Below the pieces are notes generated by a model. That model saw nothing but the letters and a program-made list of their open reading frames with translations. It was not told where the DNA came from and made no database searches. Below are positions 28,353 through 38,454 of a DNA stretch of 64,000 bases, piece by piece; position 1 is the first letter of the stretch; each line of letters begins with the position of its first letter. Source of the DNA: Oscillospiraceae bacterium (GTDB taxonomy: Bacteria; Bacillota; Clostridia; Oscillospirales; JAAYXM01); assembly GCA_017435965.1 (NCBI GenBank), contig JAFSEA010000042.1, positions 12,250 through 76,249 on the forward strand, given 5' to 3'. Position numbers and translations under genes: made by a program.

Positions 28353-29180
28353 TTAAAGACTTTTCATTTTTGAAACAGAGTGTTTTACCAGGCTTGCAAA
28401 TTCTTTTCCCACACGATCGGCTGTTTCTTTTACTTCCGCATGGCTTAATGGTGCATCACTTATTCCTGCCGCCATATTTGTTATACAACTTATGCCGCAA
28501 ACCCGTATGCCCATATGGCGTGCTGTCATCGCTTCGCAGGCGGTACTCATTCCAACGGCATCCGCACCCCAAAGAGAATATGCACGGATTTCGGCAGGGG
28601 TCTCGTAATTTGGTCCCGATGTCTGGATATACACGCCTTCTTCAACATTGATTGAAAGCTCATTTGCACTGTTTTTGATAATAGTGCAAAGCTCTTCATC
28701 ATAAACACAACTCATATCGGGAAACCGAACTCCCAATTCATCAATATTGGGGCCGATAAGAGGGGACGGGACAAGGCTTGAAATGTGGTCCCGTATCACC
28801 ATAAGACAGCCTTTGGAAAAATCACGCCGTATTCCGCCTGCGGCATTGGTGAGAAAGAGAATTTTCGCGCCTAAAAGTCCCATGATGCGGATGGGTAGAA
28901 CAACATCGTGAATATCGTAGCCTTCATAGTAGTGGACACGTCCCTGCATGACAACGACGGGAACATCTTCGATATATCCGAAAAGGAATTTTCCGGCGTG
29001 ACCGCTTACTGTTGATATGGGAAAGTCGCTGATTTCGCTATAGGATATTTCCGAAACGATATCCATATCATCAGCAAGTCCGCCCAGTCCCGAACCGAGA
29101 ACAAGTCCTATTTTGGGGACGAAATCGGTTTTCTTTCTTATATCCGCAAGGGCAAGTTCAAGTTTATCAAGAATTTTCAT
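28353..29180 (-). CDS. punA: Purine nucleoside phosphorylase (PunA/PupG type)
   Basis: Colinear with B. subtilis PupG as recalled: IGLVLGSGLG, STVSGHAGKF, VVVMQGRVHYYEGY, NAAGG, GPNYETPAE, DAVGMST. Confidence 0.92.
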   Translation of the reverse strand: MKILDKLELALADIRKKTDFVPKIGLVLGSGLGGLADDMDIVSEISYSEISDFPISTVSGHAGKFLFGYIEDVPVVVMQGRVHYYEGYDIHDVVLPIRIMGLLGAKILFLTNAAGGIRRDFSKGCLMVIRDHISSLVPSPLIGPNIDELGVRFPDMSCVYDEELCTIIKNSANELSINVEEGVYIQTSGPNYETPAEIRAYSLWGADAVGMSTACEAMTARHMGIRVCGISCITNMAAGISDAPLSHAEVKETADRVGKEFASLVKHSVSKMKSL

Positions 29181-30036
29181 GAGAATTGGTCTCCTTTTGT
29201 TCGTTTTTTAAATCAATCACGATTTTGTTCAGCTCCGCACCGAGGATGAGAACTATTCCGATAAAATACATCCATAGCATAAAGAGAATTATAGTGCCGA
29301 TAGAACCATAGAAGATAGATTCTCCGGCAAAGACATTGACATACAGGGAAAAAGCACCGGTCAGAATAAGAAATCCTATAAGAGTGAAGAACGTTCCCGG
29401 CAGAGTTTCAACAAAAGCTATTTTTTTTGAGGGCAAAAGCTTATACATAAGTGATATTGAAAAAAAGATAAGCATTGATGTTGTGCTCCATCTCCATACA
29501 TCCACAAGATTATAAATAGAGGGGGAAATGTCAGGATGAAGAAAGAGACGTGTGATGACGTCATTCCCCAGCGCAACAAGAATTATACAGGCGGCGATGA
29601 GGAGTGCAAAGAGGAAAAGAAACAACATCGAAAAGAAAATTTCCGAAAAAAAGCCTCTTGAACTTTTTACTTCATAAGCACGATCGAAGGAAGCGGTAAG
29701 AGTTCTGACAGACTTTGAAGCTGTAAACAACGCCAGAATAACACCTATTGAGAAAAGGTTCATAGCACCACCTGAATTGATGGTATCGAGATAAGTGGAG
29801 AGAAAAGATACAAACTGATCGGGGAAAATCGGGGTCAGAAATTGAATGGTGCTCTCTTTTGGTATATTCAGAGAAGCGATAATTGTGTTTGTGAAAATTA
29901 TAAACGGGAAAATGCTCAGAATGAAGAAAAAGGCAGTTTGTGCACCGGCAGAACCGATGCTGTGTGAACGCGAACGACGAAAAAGCATTGCGATTGTTCT
30001 TCCCGAAAGAAGAAAGAATCTTTTGATGGCTTTCAT
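29167..30036 (-). CDS. YihY/BrkB (ribonuclease BN-like) family membrane protein
   Basis: About 289 aa from ATG 30036 (AAGGAGA upstream) with 6 TM segments. The N-terminus has the family-typical GAQTAFFFILSIFPFIIF. Overlaps the punA start by 14 nt. Confidence 0.75.
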   Translation of the reverse strand: MKAIKRFFLLSGRTIAMLFRRSRSHSIGSAGAQTAFFFILSIFPFIIFTNTIIASLNIPKESTIQFLTPIFPDQFVSFLSTYLDTINSGGAMNLFSIGVILALFTASKSVRTLTASFDRAYEVKSSRGFFSEIFFSMLFLFLFALLIAACIILVALGNDVITRLFLHPDISPSIYNLVDVWRWSTTSMLIFFSISLMYKLLPSKKIAFVETLPGTFFTLIGFLILTGAFSLYVNVFAGESIFYGSIGTIILFMLWMYFIGIVLILGAELNKIVIDLKNEQKETNSHENS

Positions 30037-30138
30037 CTTCAAGCAGTCTCCTTTTCTTGGCAACATAAAGCAAAATGTCTTTCTTTTATATCATTATACA
30101 CCATATTTTCGGATTTGAAAACACTTAAATCATATAGG

Positions 30139-30167
30139 TTGTATTTTTGTTATGAATTTGTTATAAT
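30139..30167 (+). promoter_or_regulatory. Sigma-A-type promoter candidate for recJ-rel operon
   Basis: TTGTAT - 17 nt - TATAAT, 32 nt upstream of the recJ ATG. Confidence 0.45.
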
Positions 30168-30198
30168 ATAAAGATAAAGAATAAAGGAAAAGAAAGAT

Positions 30199-32235
30199 AT
30201 GAAGAATACAAGATGGATAACAGGACAGTATGATGAAAGTGAAGTAAAGCGTCTGTCGGAGGAAATGGGAATACCTTCCCTCACAGCCAAGCTCCTTTCC
30301 GTCAGGAAGATAGACAAAGCAAGTGCCGGAGTTTTTATGAGAAAAGAGCTCTCGGATTTATACGACCCATTTCTTCTCAAGGATATGGATAAGGCAACGG
30401 AAAGGATTAAAAAAGCGATATCCGCAAAAGAAAAGATTGCGATTTACGGAGACTATGATGCCGATGGTGTAACGGCTACATATATTCTTCTTCACTACCT
30501 CAAATCGTTGGGGGCGGATTGCACAAGCTATATTCCAGATCGCCTTGGCGATGGTTATGGAGTTTCCGAAGGTGCCGTTGCATCTCTTGCCGGAGAAGGT
30601 GTGAGTCTGATTATAACCGTTGATACGGGAATAACTGCGGCAAAAGAAGTGAATTTTGCAAAAGGGCTTGATGTTGATTTTGTGATAACAGATCATCATA
30701 AATGTGGTGATGAAATGCCGGAAGCATCGGCTGTTGTAAATCCCAATCGTGATGACTGCACATATCCCTTTGAGTCTCTTGCGGGAGTTGGGGTAGCCTT
30801 CAAACTCATATGCGCCTTGTGCGGAAATGACATAACCGTTATGGAAAGATATCTTCCCTATGTCTGCATAGGCACGGTCGCGGATGTTATGCCGATAACG
30901 GATGAAAACAGAATACTTGTGGCAAACGGTCTCTCGCTTATAGAAAAGAGGGGAGAGGTCGGACTTTCGGCACTTCTCGATGTGGCAGGATATAAAAAGA
31001 GTGAAGCTCTGACTGCCGGTGCCATAGGTTTTCTCATTGGACCCAGAATGAATGCGGCAGGAAGAATGGGAAGTGCAAGACTTGCACTTGATCTTCTGTT
31101 TGCGGATGAGAAAAGTGCTCCGGAGCTTGCTGCAAGAATAGATGAAAAAAACAGAGAGCGTCAGGCTTGTGAAAGTGCAATTATGAAAGAAGCCATGGCG
31201 GTGCTTGAAGAACACCCTGAATATAAAGAGGGAAGTGCTATTGTTATAGCCGGTGAAAGATGGCATCAAGGAGTTCTCGGTATAGTTGCATCACGGGTGT
31301 GTGCAATGTTCGGTAAGCCCACTATCCTTATTTCTGCCGATGAGGGGGAATGTCGCGGCTCCGGAAGAAGTGTTGCCGGGGTAAGTCTCCATTCTGCTCT
31401 CGGAAGATGTTCGGATACTCTTGAAAAATTCGGAGGTCATGACCTTGCGGCAGGTATAGTTGTTAAAAAAGAAAACATTTCCGAATTCCGCCGCAGGCTC
31501 AATGAAGAGTTATATGAAGATATGCGGGAATATGTTCCCATTCTTGATATAGATTTTGAAGTTGATCCGAGAGAACTCACTCTTTCTCAGCTTCGTGCAC
31601 TTCGGATAATGGAACCTTACGGAAAAGAAAATGAAGCACCAAAGCTTCGCCTTAACAAATGTAAGGTCACAAGAATCATACCGATTGGCAATAACCGACA
31701 CACGAAAATACAGATAGAGCAAACAGGAAAGTTTCAATGTGTATACTTTGGTCAGCAGATGGAAACGCTTCCGTTTTCGGAAGGGGATTTCATAGATATA
31801 GCCTTTACTCCGGAGATAAATAATTTTATCGGTGAAAATGTTCAGCTTCATATAAAGGATGCCCGCCCTCAGGAAAAAGAATTGTGTGAGTTCGAAAATG
31901 CATTTTCTTGTCTTGAAGCCGCCCGTATGGGAAAAAGAACAGACGATGTCGCAATAAGCTATGAAGAGCTCGGGAAAATATGGCGAATGATAACTCGCGC
32001 CGATTTTTCTTTGTCTGCACCGATGTTGCAGATCCGACGCCGCGCATTCTCGCTTATAAGAAATATTACTTTGTCAAAATTGCTCCTTGCTTTTGAGATA
32101 TTTACGGAAGTGGGACTTATGAGTTATGAATGTGAGAATTACAGGGTACAGATAGAAATTGCGGAGCATAATAATAAAGTGGATTTGAACGATTCAAAAA
32201 TATATAGATTGTATAATCAAAGTGGGAGAAGATGA
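30199..32235 (+). CDS. recJ: Single-stranded-DNA-specific exonuclease RecJ
   Basis: DHH motifs IYGDYDADGVT, ITVDTG, ITDHHK and DHHA1 GGHDLAAG. recJ-rel synteny. Confidence 0.93.
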   Translation: MKNTRWITGQYDESEVKRLSEEMGIPSLTAKLLSVRKIDKASAGVFMRKELSDLYDPFLLKDMDKATERIKKAISAKEKIAIYGDYDADGVTATYILLHYLKSLGADCTSYIPDRLGDGYGVSEGAVASLAGEGVSLIITVDTGITAAKEVNFAKGLDVDFVITDHHKCGDEMPEASAVVNPNRDDCTYPFESLAGVGVAFKLICALCGNDITVMERYLPYVCIGTVADVMPITDENRILVANGLSLIEKRGEVGLSALLDVAGYKKSEALTAGAIGFLIGPRMNAAGRMGSARLALDLLFADEKSAPELAARIDEKNRERQACESAIMKEAMAVLEEHPEYKEGSAIVIAGERWHQGVLGIVASRVCAMFGKPTILISADEGECRGSGRSVAGVSLHSALGRCSDTLEKFGGHDLAAGIVVKKENISEFRRRLNEELYEDMREYVPILDIDFEVDPRELTLSQLRALRIMEPYGKENEAPKLRLNKCKVTRIIPIGNNRHTKIQIEQTGKFQCVYFGQQMETLPFSEGDFIDIAFTPEINNFIGENVQLHIKDARPQEKELCEFENAFSCLEAARMGKRTDDVAISYEELGKIWRMITRADFSLSAPMLQIRRRAFSLIRNITLSKLLLAFEIFTEVGLMSYECENYRVQIEIAEHNNKVDLNDSKIYRLYNQSGRR

Positions 32236-32241
32236 TGCCCT

Positions 32242-34419
32242 ATGATGCCTGAAGGAAAATATCAGGAACTTATAAGTAAAATAAAAGGATATATCCCTCA
32301 TGCCGATGAAAAGCGTATTCATGAGGCATATGACTGTGCAACGGAAGCACACGAGGGACAGAAGCGTCGTGACGGAAGTGACTATGTAACCCATCCCATT
32401 TCCGTTGCGGAGGTTGTTGCGGAAATGGAGCTTGATACCGATTCCGTAATTGCGGCACTTCTGCACGACTGCATCGAAGACACAGAGTTTGGCTATGATA
32501 AGATAAAATCCAAATTCGGCAAAGAGGTTGCAGATATAGTAGAAGGTGTTTCAAAACTCACAAGAATGCCATATGCAAGTAAGGAAGAGGCGCAGATAGA
32601 GAGCCTTCGCAAGATGTTTCTTGCAATGGGTAAGGATATTCGTGTTATCCTTATAAAAATTGCGGACCGCCTTCATAATATGCGCACAATTGAATTCCAC
32701 AGACCGGAAAAACAGCGCGAAAAAGCTCTTGAAACTATGGAGGTATACGCACCTCTTGCGCATAGACTTGGTATGCAGAAGATAAAATGGGAGCTTGAAG
32801 ACATATCGCTTCGTTGTCTTGACCCGGTCGGATACGCCGAGATAACCGAGGAACTTGAAAAAAGAAGCGAAGAGCGTGACGAGTTTTTAAGTCACATCAA
32901 GGAACGTCTCATAGCACGTCTTGAAGAGGCGGATATAAAGGCGAGACTTCAGAGCCGTGTAAAGCATATCTACAGCATTTACAGAAAAATGTATACTCAG
33001 CATAAGACCATTGATGAGGTATATGATCTCTATGCTGTGCGTGTTATAGTTGATAGTGTGGCAGATTGTTATAATGTCCTTGGATTCATTCACGATATGT
33101 ACCGCCCGGTACCCGGAAGATTCAAGGATTATATAAGCACGCCCAAACCTAATATGTACCAGTCTCTTCATACTACCGTTATCGGGCGCGAAGGAATTCC
33201 GTTTGAGGTGCAGATAAGAACAGAGGAAATGCATCAGACCTCGGAATACGGAATTGCGGCTCATTGGAAGTATAAAACAGGTGTGGGAAAGAGCAACCTC
33301 GAAGAAAAGCTTGCCTGGGTGCGTCAGCTTCTTGAAAATCAGGAAGTTGAGGATGAGGACTTTATTTCCTCGCTCAAAACCGATATGTTCAGCGATGAGG
33401 TGTTTGTGTTCACTCCCAACGGAGACGTTGTAAGCCTTCCTGCAGGCTCAACACCCATTGACTTTGCATATTCCATTCATTCAGCTGTCGGTAATCGTAT
33501 GTCCGGTGCAAAAGTAAACGGACGTATGGTGCAGATTGACTATAAGCTCAAAAACGGCGAAATAGTTGAGGTACTCACTACCAATTCCGGAAAGGGTCCG
33601 AATCGTGACTGGATAAAGATTGCAAAGACGGGCGAGGCAAGAAATAAGATAAAACAATGGTTTAAGAAGGAATGCCGCGAGGAAAATATCGCAAGAGGAC
33701 GTGCTGAGGTTGAAAAGGAATTCAAACGTGAGGGAATTCAACTTTCGGGAGAAGAACAGGACTCAATTCTTACAACCGTAGGCAGCCGTATGTCTTTCAA
33801 TCACGTTGAAGAACTCTATGCAAGCATAGGCTACGGCGGTGTGAAGCTCAGCAGAATCATAAATCGTGTCAAGAGTGAATTGCAAAAATCACAGCCACCC
33901 GTATCAAACGATGATGAGGCTGTAAAAGAGAAAATCGCAACTCAGGCAAAGCCGCAAACTTCGGCATCCGGTGTAATTGTACCGGGCGTTGAAAACTGTC
34001 TTGTTAAGTTTGCAAGGTGTTGTACTCCGATACCGGGGGACTCTATCATAGGTTTTGTAACCCGTGGTTATGGTGTTTCGGTGCATCGTTCGGATTGCCA
34101 GAACGTCACCAATGCAATGAAAAATTCCGATGACCTTACGAGGTGGATATGCGTATCCTGGGCAGATGATATCAAGGATAAATTCCAAACATCGCTCCAG
34201 ATTTCTGCAAAGGATCGTGCGGGTCTTGTTATGGACATAGTTACAATTCTCAATAATTTAAAAATACCTGTTCAACAGCTTGATGCACGAATTCTCGGAG
34301 ACGGATATGCAATAGTGAATGTTGTTATGAACACAAATGGCAAGGAACAGCTTGAGTTTGTTATGAACAAGCTCCACGGTGTTGCCGGAGTAATTGATAT
34401 AAAGAGATCGCTCAGCTGA
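32242..34419 (+). CDS. relA: Bifunctional (p)ppGpp synthetase/hydrolase Rel (RSH long form)
   Basis: HD hydrolase motif HDCIEDT, synthetase motifs DLYAVRVIV, YISTPKPNMYQSLHTTV and EVQIRT, plus TGS and C-terminal ACT regions. Confidence 0.96.
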   Translation: MMPEGKYQELISKIKGYIPHADEKRIHEAYDCATEAHEGQKRRDGSDYVTHPISVAEVVAEMELDTDSVIAALLHDCIEDTEFGYDKIKSKFGKEVADIVEGVSKLTRMPYASKEEAQIESLRKMFLAMGKDIRVILIKIADRLHNMRTIEFHRPEKQREKALETMEVYAPLAHRLGMQKIKWELEDISLRCLDPVGYAEITEELEKRSEERDEFLSHIKERLIARLEEADIKARLQSRVKHIYSIYRKMYTQHKTIDEVYDLYAVRVIVDSVADCYNVLGFIHDMYRPVPGRFKDYISTPKPNMYQSLHTTVIGREGIPFEVQIRTEEMHQTSEYGIAAHWKYKTGVGKSNLEEKLAWVRQLLENQEVEDEDFISSLKTDMFSDEVFVFTPNGDVVSLPAGSTPIDFAYSIHSAVGNRMSGAKVNGRMVQIDYKLKNGEIVEVLTTNSGKGPNRDWIKIAKTGEARNKIKQWFKKECREENIARGRAEVEKEFKREGIQLSGEEQDSILTTVGSRMSFNHVEELYASIGYGGVKLSRIINRVKSELQKSQPPVSNDDEAVKEKIATQAKPQTSASGVIVPGVENCLVKFARCCTPIPGDSIIGFVTRGYGVSVHRSDCQNVTNAMKNSDDLTRWICVSWADDIKDKFQTSLQISAKDRAGLVMDIVTILNNLKIPVQQLDARILGDGYAIVNVVMNTNGKEQLEFVMNKLHGVAGVIDIKRSLS

Positions 34420-34440
34420 TTTCTTTTAGGAGGTAAAGTT

Positions 34441-34902
34441 TTGAAAGCAGTAATAACACGCGTGAAATCCGCCGAGGTAAAAATTGACGGTATCACACAT
34501 TCAAAAATAAAAAACGGACTTCTCATTCTGCTCGGTATATCCACAAGGGATACTGCCCAGGATGCAGAATATCTTGCAAAGAAAATCTCAATGATGCGGA
34601 TCTTTGAGGATTCGGAAGAAAAACTCAATCTTTCCTGCGCACAGGCAGGAGGCTCGATGATGGTTGTGTCAAATTTCACTTTATATGCCGATACAAAAAA
34701 AGGAAACCGCCCGAGCTTTGTTGAAGCCGCAAGACCGGAACACGCAAAACCGTTGTATGAGTATTTCACGGAGCTCTTGCGCGATGCCGGATATAAGACT
34801 GAAACCGGAGTTTTCGGTGCATATATGGAGCTTGAGTCGGTAAACGACGGACCCATAACCGTTGTTATGAACACAGATGAGGTATTCGGAGAAGAAAGAT
34901 GA
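34441..34902 (+). CDS. dtd: D-aminoacyl-tRNA deacylase
   Basis: 153 aa. N-terminus MKAVITRVKSAEV, SNFTLYADTKKGNRPSF motif, C-terminal NDGPITV. TTG start. rel-dtd synteny. Confidence 0.92.
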   Translation: MKAVITRVKSAEVKIDGITHSKIKNGLLILLGISTRDTAQDAEYLAKKISMMRIFEDSEEKLNLSCAQAGGSMMVVSNFTLYADTKKGNRPSFVEAARPEHAKPLYEYFTELLRDAGYKTETGVFGAYMELESVNDGPITVVMNTDEVFGEER

Positions 34903-35531
34903 TGGAAGTAAAGACCATTCCGGTGGGAAATCTCGGAACAAATTGCTATATAGTATTCAGCGGAAAAAATGCCGTGGTCATTGATCCCGGTGATGATGCC
35001 AAAGTGATTCTGAAAGAAACGGAGGCACTTGGCGTGCAGGTTTCGTATATTTTTCTCACTCACGGACATTTTGACCATATTCTTGCCGTAAATGAGCTCA
35101 CAAATGCAACAAATGCAAAGGTTGCGGCAGGTGCACTTGAATATGAACGACTCTCAAGTGCATATCTCTCGGGACTTTCGCTTATGGGGGTCGGAGAATT
35201 TGATCCCATTACGGCTGATATGGAAATCTCCGATGGAGGTTTCCTTGATGTGGGGGATATGCATTTTGAATTTCTTCACACTCCGGGTCATACGGAAGGA
35301 AGTTTCTGTATTTTTTGCGATGACGTTATGTTTTCCGGAGATACACTTTTTGCGGGAACCTGTGGTAGATGTGATTTGCCCGGCGGAGATATATCAGAGA
35401 TGTTCGCGTCTCTCAAGAAGTTGTATCTTCTTCCGGGAGATTTCAAGGTCTATCCCGGACACGGAGAGAGCACTTTGCTCTCGGAAGAAAGAATATTCAA
35501 TCCCTATATGGCAGAGGCGATGAGACGATGA
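34899..35531 (+). CDS. MBL-fold metallo-hydrolase (glyoxalase II-like)
   Basis: Metal motif THGHFDH, with a later HTPGHT. ATGA overlap with the dtd stop. Confidence 0.85.
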   Translation: MMEVKTIPVGNLGTNCYIVFSGKNAVVIDPGDDAKVILKETEALGVQVSYIFLTHGHFDHILAVNELTNATNAKVAAGALEYERLSSAYLSGLSLMGVGEFDPITADMEISDGGFLDVGDMHFEFLHTPGHTEGSFCIFCDDVMFSGDTLFAGTCGRCDLPGGDISEMFASLKKLYLLPGDFKVYPGHGESTLLSEERIFNPYMAEAMRR

Positions 35532-37006
35532 AGTTATATCTTGAGGGTCATAATTTTGATTATGCTTCACAACAGATATATATGTGTCTTTTTCCCAATT
35601 CTCACGCTGAGATAGTTGAGGAAAGACCGAAGAATGGAGACTTTTCTGTTATAAAACTGTCTTTTTCGGAAAATCGCGTGCTTTCACGGACAGAAATATA
35701 TCTGGACGGAAAAGAAAGCTTTTCGGAGTGTGAGTTTTCATTTTCTCCAATTGATGAGGAAGACAGAAAACGTGCTTGCAGAAGAGGTATAAAAACCTCA
35801 TTTTACAATGCGGCATTGCCATTTCTTCCGAAGACTCCTGCCTGGGGTGCACTTACAGGGATTCGTCCGTCCAAGGTGGCGGCAAATTTCCTGAGGGAAG
35901 GTATGGATGAAAAGCTCTCGGCAGAAATGATGGAAAAGGAGTATTTCGTATCGAAGGAAAGAGCAGAGCTTGCAGTTTCTTGTGCTGTCCGTGCAGAAAA
36001 ACTTTTGAAAAGCGCAAAGAAACGTGATATGTCACTCTATGTGGGCATACCGTTTTGCGTTTCGAGATGTCGTTATTGTTCTTTTGTAAGTCATTCAATT
36101 GAAAAGGCGAGACATCTTGTCTCTCCGTATCTTCATATGCTTGAGCGAGAAATAAAGATGCTCGGTGATTCGGCAAAGGAAGCGGGACTTCTGCTTAAGT
36201 CCATATACATAGGCGGAGGAACTCCCACATCACTTGAGAATGATGAGCTTGCTTTTGTGATGAAATGTATTTCCGATAATTTTGATATAAAAAATGTTGG
36301 TGAATACACCGTGGAAGGCGGACGACCCGACACGCTTACAATGGATAAAATCAGAACAATCCGCGAAGGTGGGGCAACGCGGATAAGCGTAAATCCGCAA
36401 ACAATGAATGATGAAATCCTTAAAGCGATGGATCGCCGTCATACTGCGCAGGATGTTGTGCAGGCAATCGGAGCTGCAAGAGCTGTGGGAGGACTTGTTA
36501 TAAACACAGACCTGATAGCCGGACTTCCCGGTGACAGCTTTGATAGTTTCCAAAATTCCGTAGACCGCATGACAGAGCTTTCTCCCGAGAATATAACGGT
36601 GCATACTCTTGCCATAAAAAAAGGCTCGGAGCTTCATCGCGAAAAGTATATTCTTCCGGACGGAAAGGCAACAGAAGAGATGGTGGAATATGCAATGCAC
36701 GCACTTTACGGAAGCGGATATGTTCCTTATTATCTCTACAGACAAAAGTATATGTCGGGAAATCTTGAAAATGTAGGTTATTCAAAACCCGGATATGAAA
36801 GCGATTACAATAATTATATTATGGATGAGCTTCACACAATACTTTCTGCCGGTGCAGGCGGAGTTACGAAGCTTATTGACAGGGAAAATGGACGGATAGA
36901 AAGAATATTTAATCCCAAATATCCATATGAATACAATAATGCAACTGAAAAAATAGCTGAAACACAAAAATCGGTTGTTGACTTCTTCGCAGAATGGGAG
37001 GCGTAA
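35528..37006 (+). CDS. hemZ: Radical SAM protein, HemN/HemZ family (oxygen-independent coproporphyrinogen dehydrogenase-like)
   Basis: 492 aa. Radical SAM motif CVSRCRYCSF and IYIGGGTP. ATGA overlap with the preceding stop. Confidence 0.65.
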   Translation: MKLYLEGHNFDYASQQIYMCLFPNSHAEIVEERPKNGDFSVIKLSFSENRVLSRTEIYLDGKESFSECEFSFSPIDEEDRKRACRRGIKTSFYNAALPFLPKTPAWGALTGIRPSKVAANFLREGMDEKLSAEMMEKEYFVSKERAELAVSCAVRAEKLLKSAKKRDMSLYVGIPFCVSRCRYCSFVSHSIEKARHLVSPYLHMLEREIKMLGDSAKEAGLLLKSIYIGGGTPTSLENDELAFVMKCISDNFDIKNVGEYTVEGGRPDTLTMDKIRTIREGGATRISVNPQTMNDEILKAMDRRHTAQDVVQAIGAARAVGGLVINTDLIAGLPGDSFDSFQNSVDRMTELSPENITVHTLAIKKGSELHREKYILPDGKATEEMVEYAMHALYGSGYVPYYLYRQKYMSGNLENVGYSKPGYESDYNNYIMDELHTILSAGAGGVTKLIDRENGRIERIFNPKYPYEYNNATEKIAETQKSVVDFFAEWEA

Positions 37007-37009
37007 ATA

Positions 37010-37945
37010 ATGGCACTTGAACTGAAGGAAGTGAATTCGCGGATTTTGCTTGATCCAAAAGCGTTTGTGGAGGAATGTGAAAGCTCATATGCAAAGTCGG
37101 TGATGACGGCAACGAAGAAAATTGCCGAAAAGTCGGGAGAAAGCTGCGTGGTTCTCTTGTCGGGTCCGTCAGGCTCCGGAAAGACCACCACAGCCCTGAA
37201 ACTCAAAAATGCTCTTGAGAAAAAGGGGATAATGACCCATTCCGTTTCGCTCGATGATTATTTCAGAACAGTTGACCCGGAGACTGCACCCAAGACCGAA
37301 GATGGGAAAATTGATTATGAATCCCCCGAATGTCTTGACCTTCCTCTCTTGAACGGCCACATTGAGGATATAATCGCAGGACGTGAAGTGCTTGTTCCGA
37401 AATTTGACTTCGCAAATCAGAGAAGAAGTGAGACTGTGACCCCTCTTTGCCTTAAAAAGAATGAGATAGTTATATTTGAAGGAATTCACGCGCTTAATGA
37501 AATGATAACTTCCCATGCGGGGAATCACGGAATTAAACTTTATATTTCTGCAAGAAGCAATTTTATGAATGACGGGAATGTGTTCTACAAAGGCACGTGG
37601 ACACGACTCACAAGAAGAATTGTCCGCGACAACCTTTTCCGCGGTGCAGATGCAAACTTTACTCTTGCTATATGGGAAGGAATCCGAAACGGGGAGAAAA
37701 AGTATATTTCTCCGTTCAAATCCCATGCCGACATAACGATAAATTCAACACATGAATATGAAATATGTGTTTTGAAGAAGCATCTCAAGGATGCAGTCAA
37801 ATGTGTGCCCGAGGGAATTGCGAGATACGATGAGGTCTGCAGACTTCTCGAAAATATCGAGGCGTTTGAAGACTTGTCGGATGATTTTGTACCGAAGGAT
37901 TCGCTGCTTCGTGAATTTATAGGCGGAGGAAGCTTTGCATATTGA
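37010..37945 (+). CDS. Uridine kinase/PRK-family P-loop nucleoside kinase-like protein
   Basis: Walker A LLSGPSGSGKTTTA, IFEGIHALN, and RRIVRDNLFRGAD...W (Udk-like lid and C-terminal pattern). Confidence 0.6.
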   Translation: MALELKEVNSRILLDPKAFVEECESSYAKSVMTATKKIAEKSGESCVVLLSGPSGSGKTTTALKLKNALEKKGIMTHSVSLDDYFRTVDPETAPKTEDGKIDYESPECLDLPLLNGHIEDIIAGREVLVPKFDFANQRRSETVTPLCLKKNEIVIFEGIHALNEMITSHAGNHGIKLYISARSNFMNDGNVFYKGTWTRLTRRIVRDNLFRGADANFTLAIWEGIRNGEKKYISPFKSHADITINSTHEYEICVLKKHLKDAVKCVPEGIARYDEVCRLLENIEAFEDLSDDFVPKDSLLREFIGGGSFAY

Positions 37946-38008
37946 TTTTTTGAGCCGCCGGTAGTATACTAAAGGTAGAATGACATAGTATTTTCGGGAG
38001 GTTGTATC

Positions 38009-38401
38009 GTGAACGAAAATTTCAGTTCAATTCTGGAAAAAATTTATTCCACCGCAGCAACTGCCGGTGATATGGCATCAAAGGCAGTCGGTGATGCCGG
38101 CAAAAAAGCCGGTGAAGTATATAGTGCTTCAAAACTTAAAATAAAAATCCTGAACATTAAAACGGATATGGATATCCTCTATAAAGAAGCGGGACGGCTT
38201 GTTTATGCCGAACACAGAGATGAGGAAATTCAAAGGGGAAGACTTCAGGCGGTTCTTCTTGCACTTGACGATAAAAAAGAAGAGCTTGATGAGCTTCTGG
38301 AGGCACTTGAAGCAGTCAAGGGAACAAAGAAATGCGAATCCTGCGGTGCGGCAAACTGTCGTGACAATGCTTTTTGCGCTTCTTGCGGTGCTGAACTTTA
38401 A
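38009..38401 (+). CDS. Hypothetical protein with helical N-terminal region and C-terminal zinc ribbon
   Basis: 130 aa. GTG start after GGGAGG. C-terminus CESCGAANCRDNAFCASCGAEL (C-x2-C ... C-x2-C). Confidence 0.55.
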   Translation: MNENFSSILEKIYSTAATAGDMASKAVGDAGKKAGEVYSASKLKIKILNIKTDMDILYKEAGRLVYAEHRDEEIQRGRLQAVLLALDDKKEELDELLEALEAVKGTKKCESCGAANCRDNAFCASCGAEL

Positions 38402-38407
38402 AATTAT

Positions 38408-38432
38408 GGCGGCGGCAAATACCGCCGCTTTA
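38408..38432 (+). terminator. Hairpin terminator after the zinc-ribbon gene
   Basis: ggcggcgg-caaata-ccgccgc followed by ttt. Confidence 0.5.
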
Positions 38433-38454
38433 AAACTTTACGGAGAGAATACTT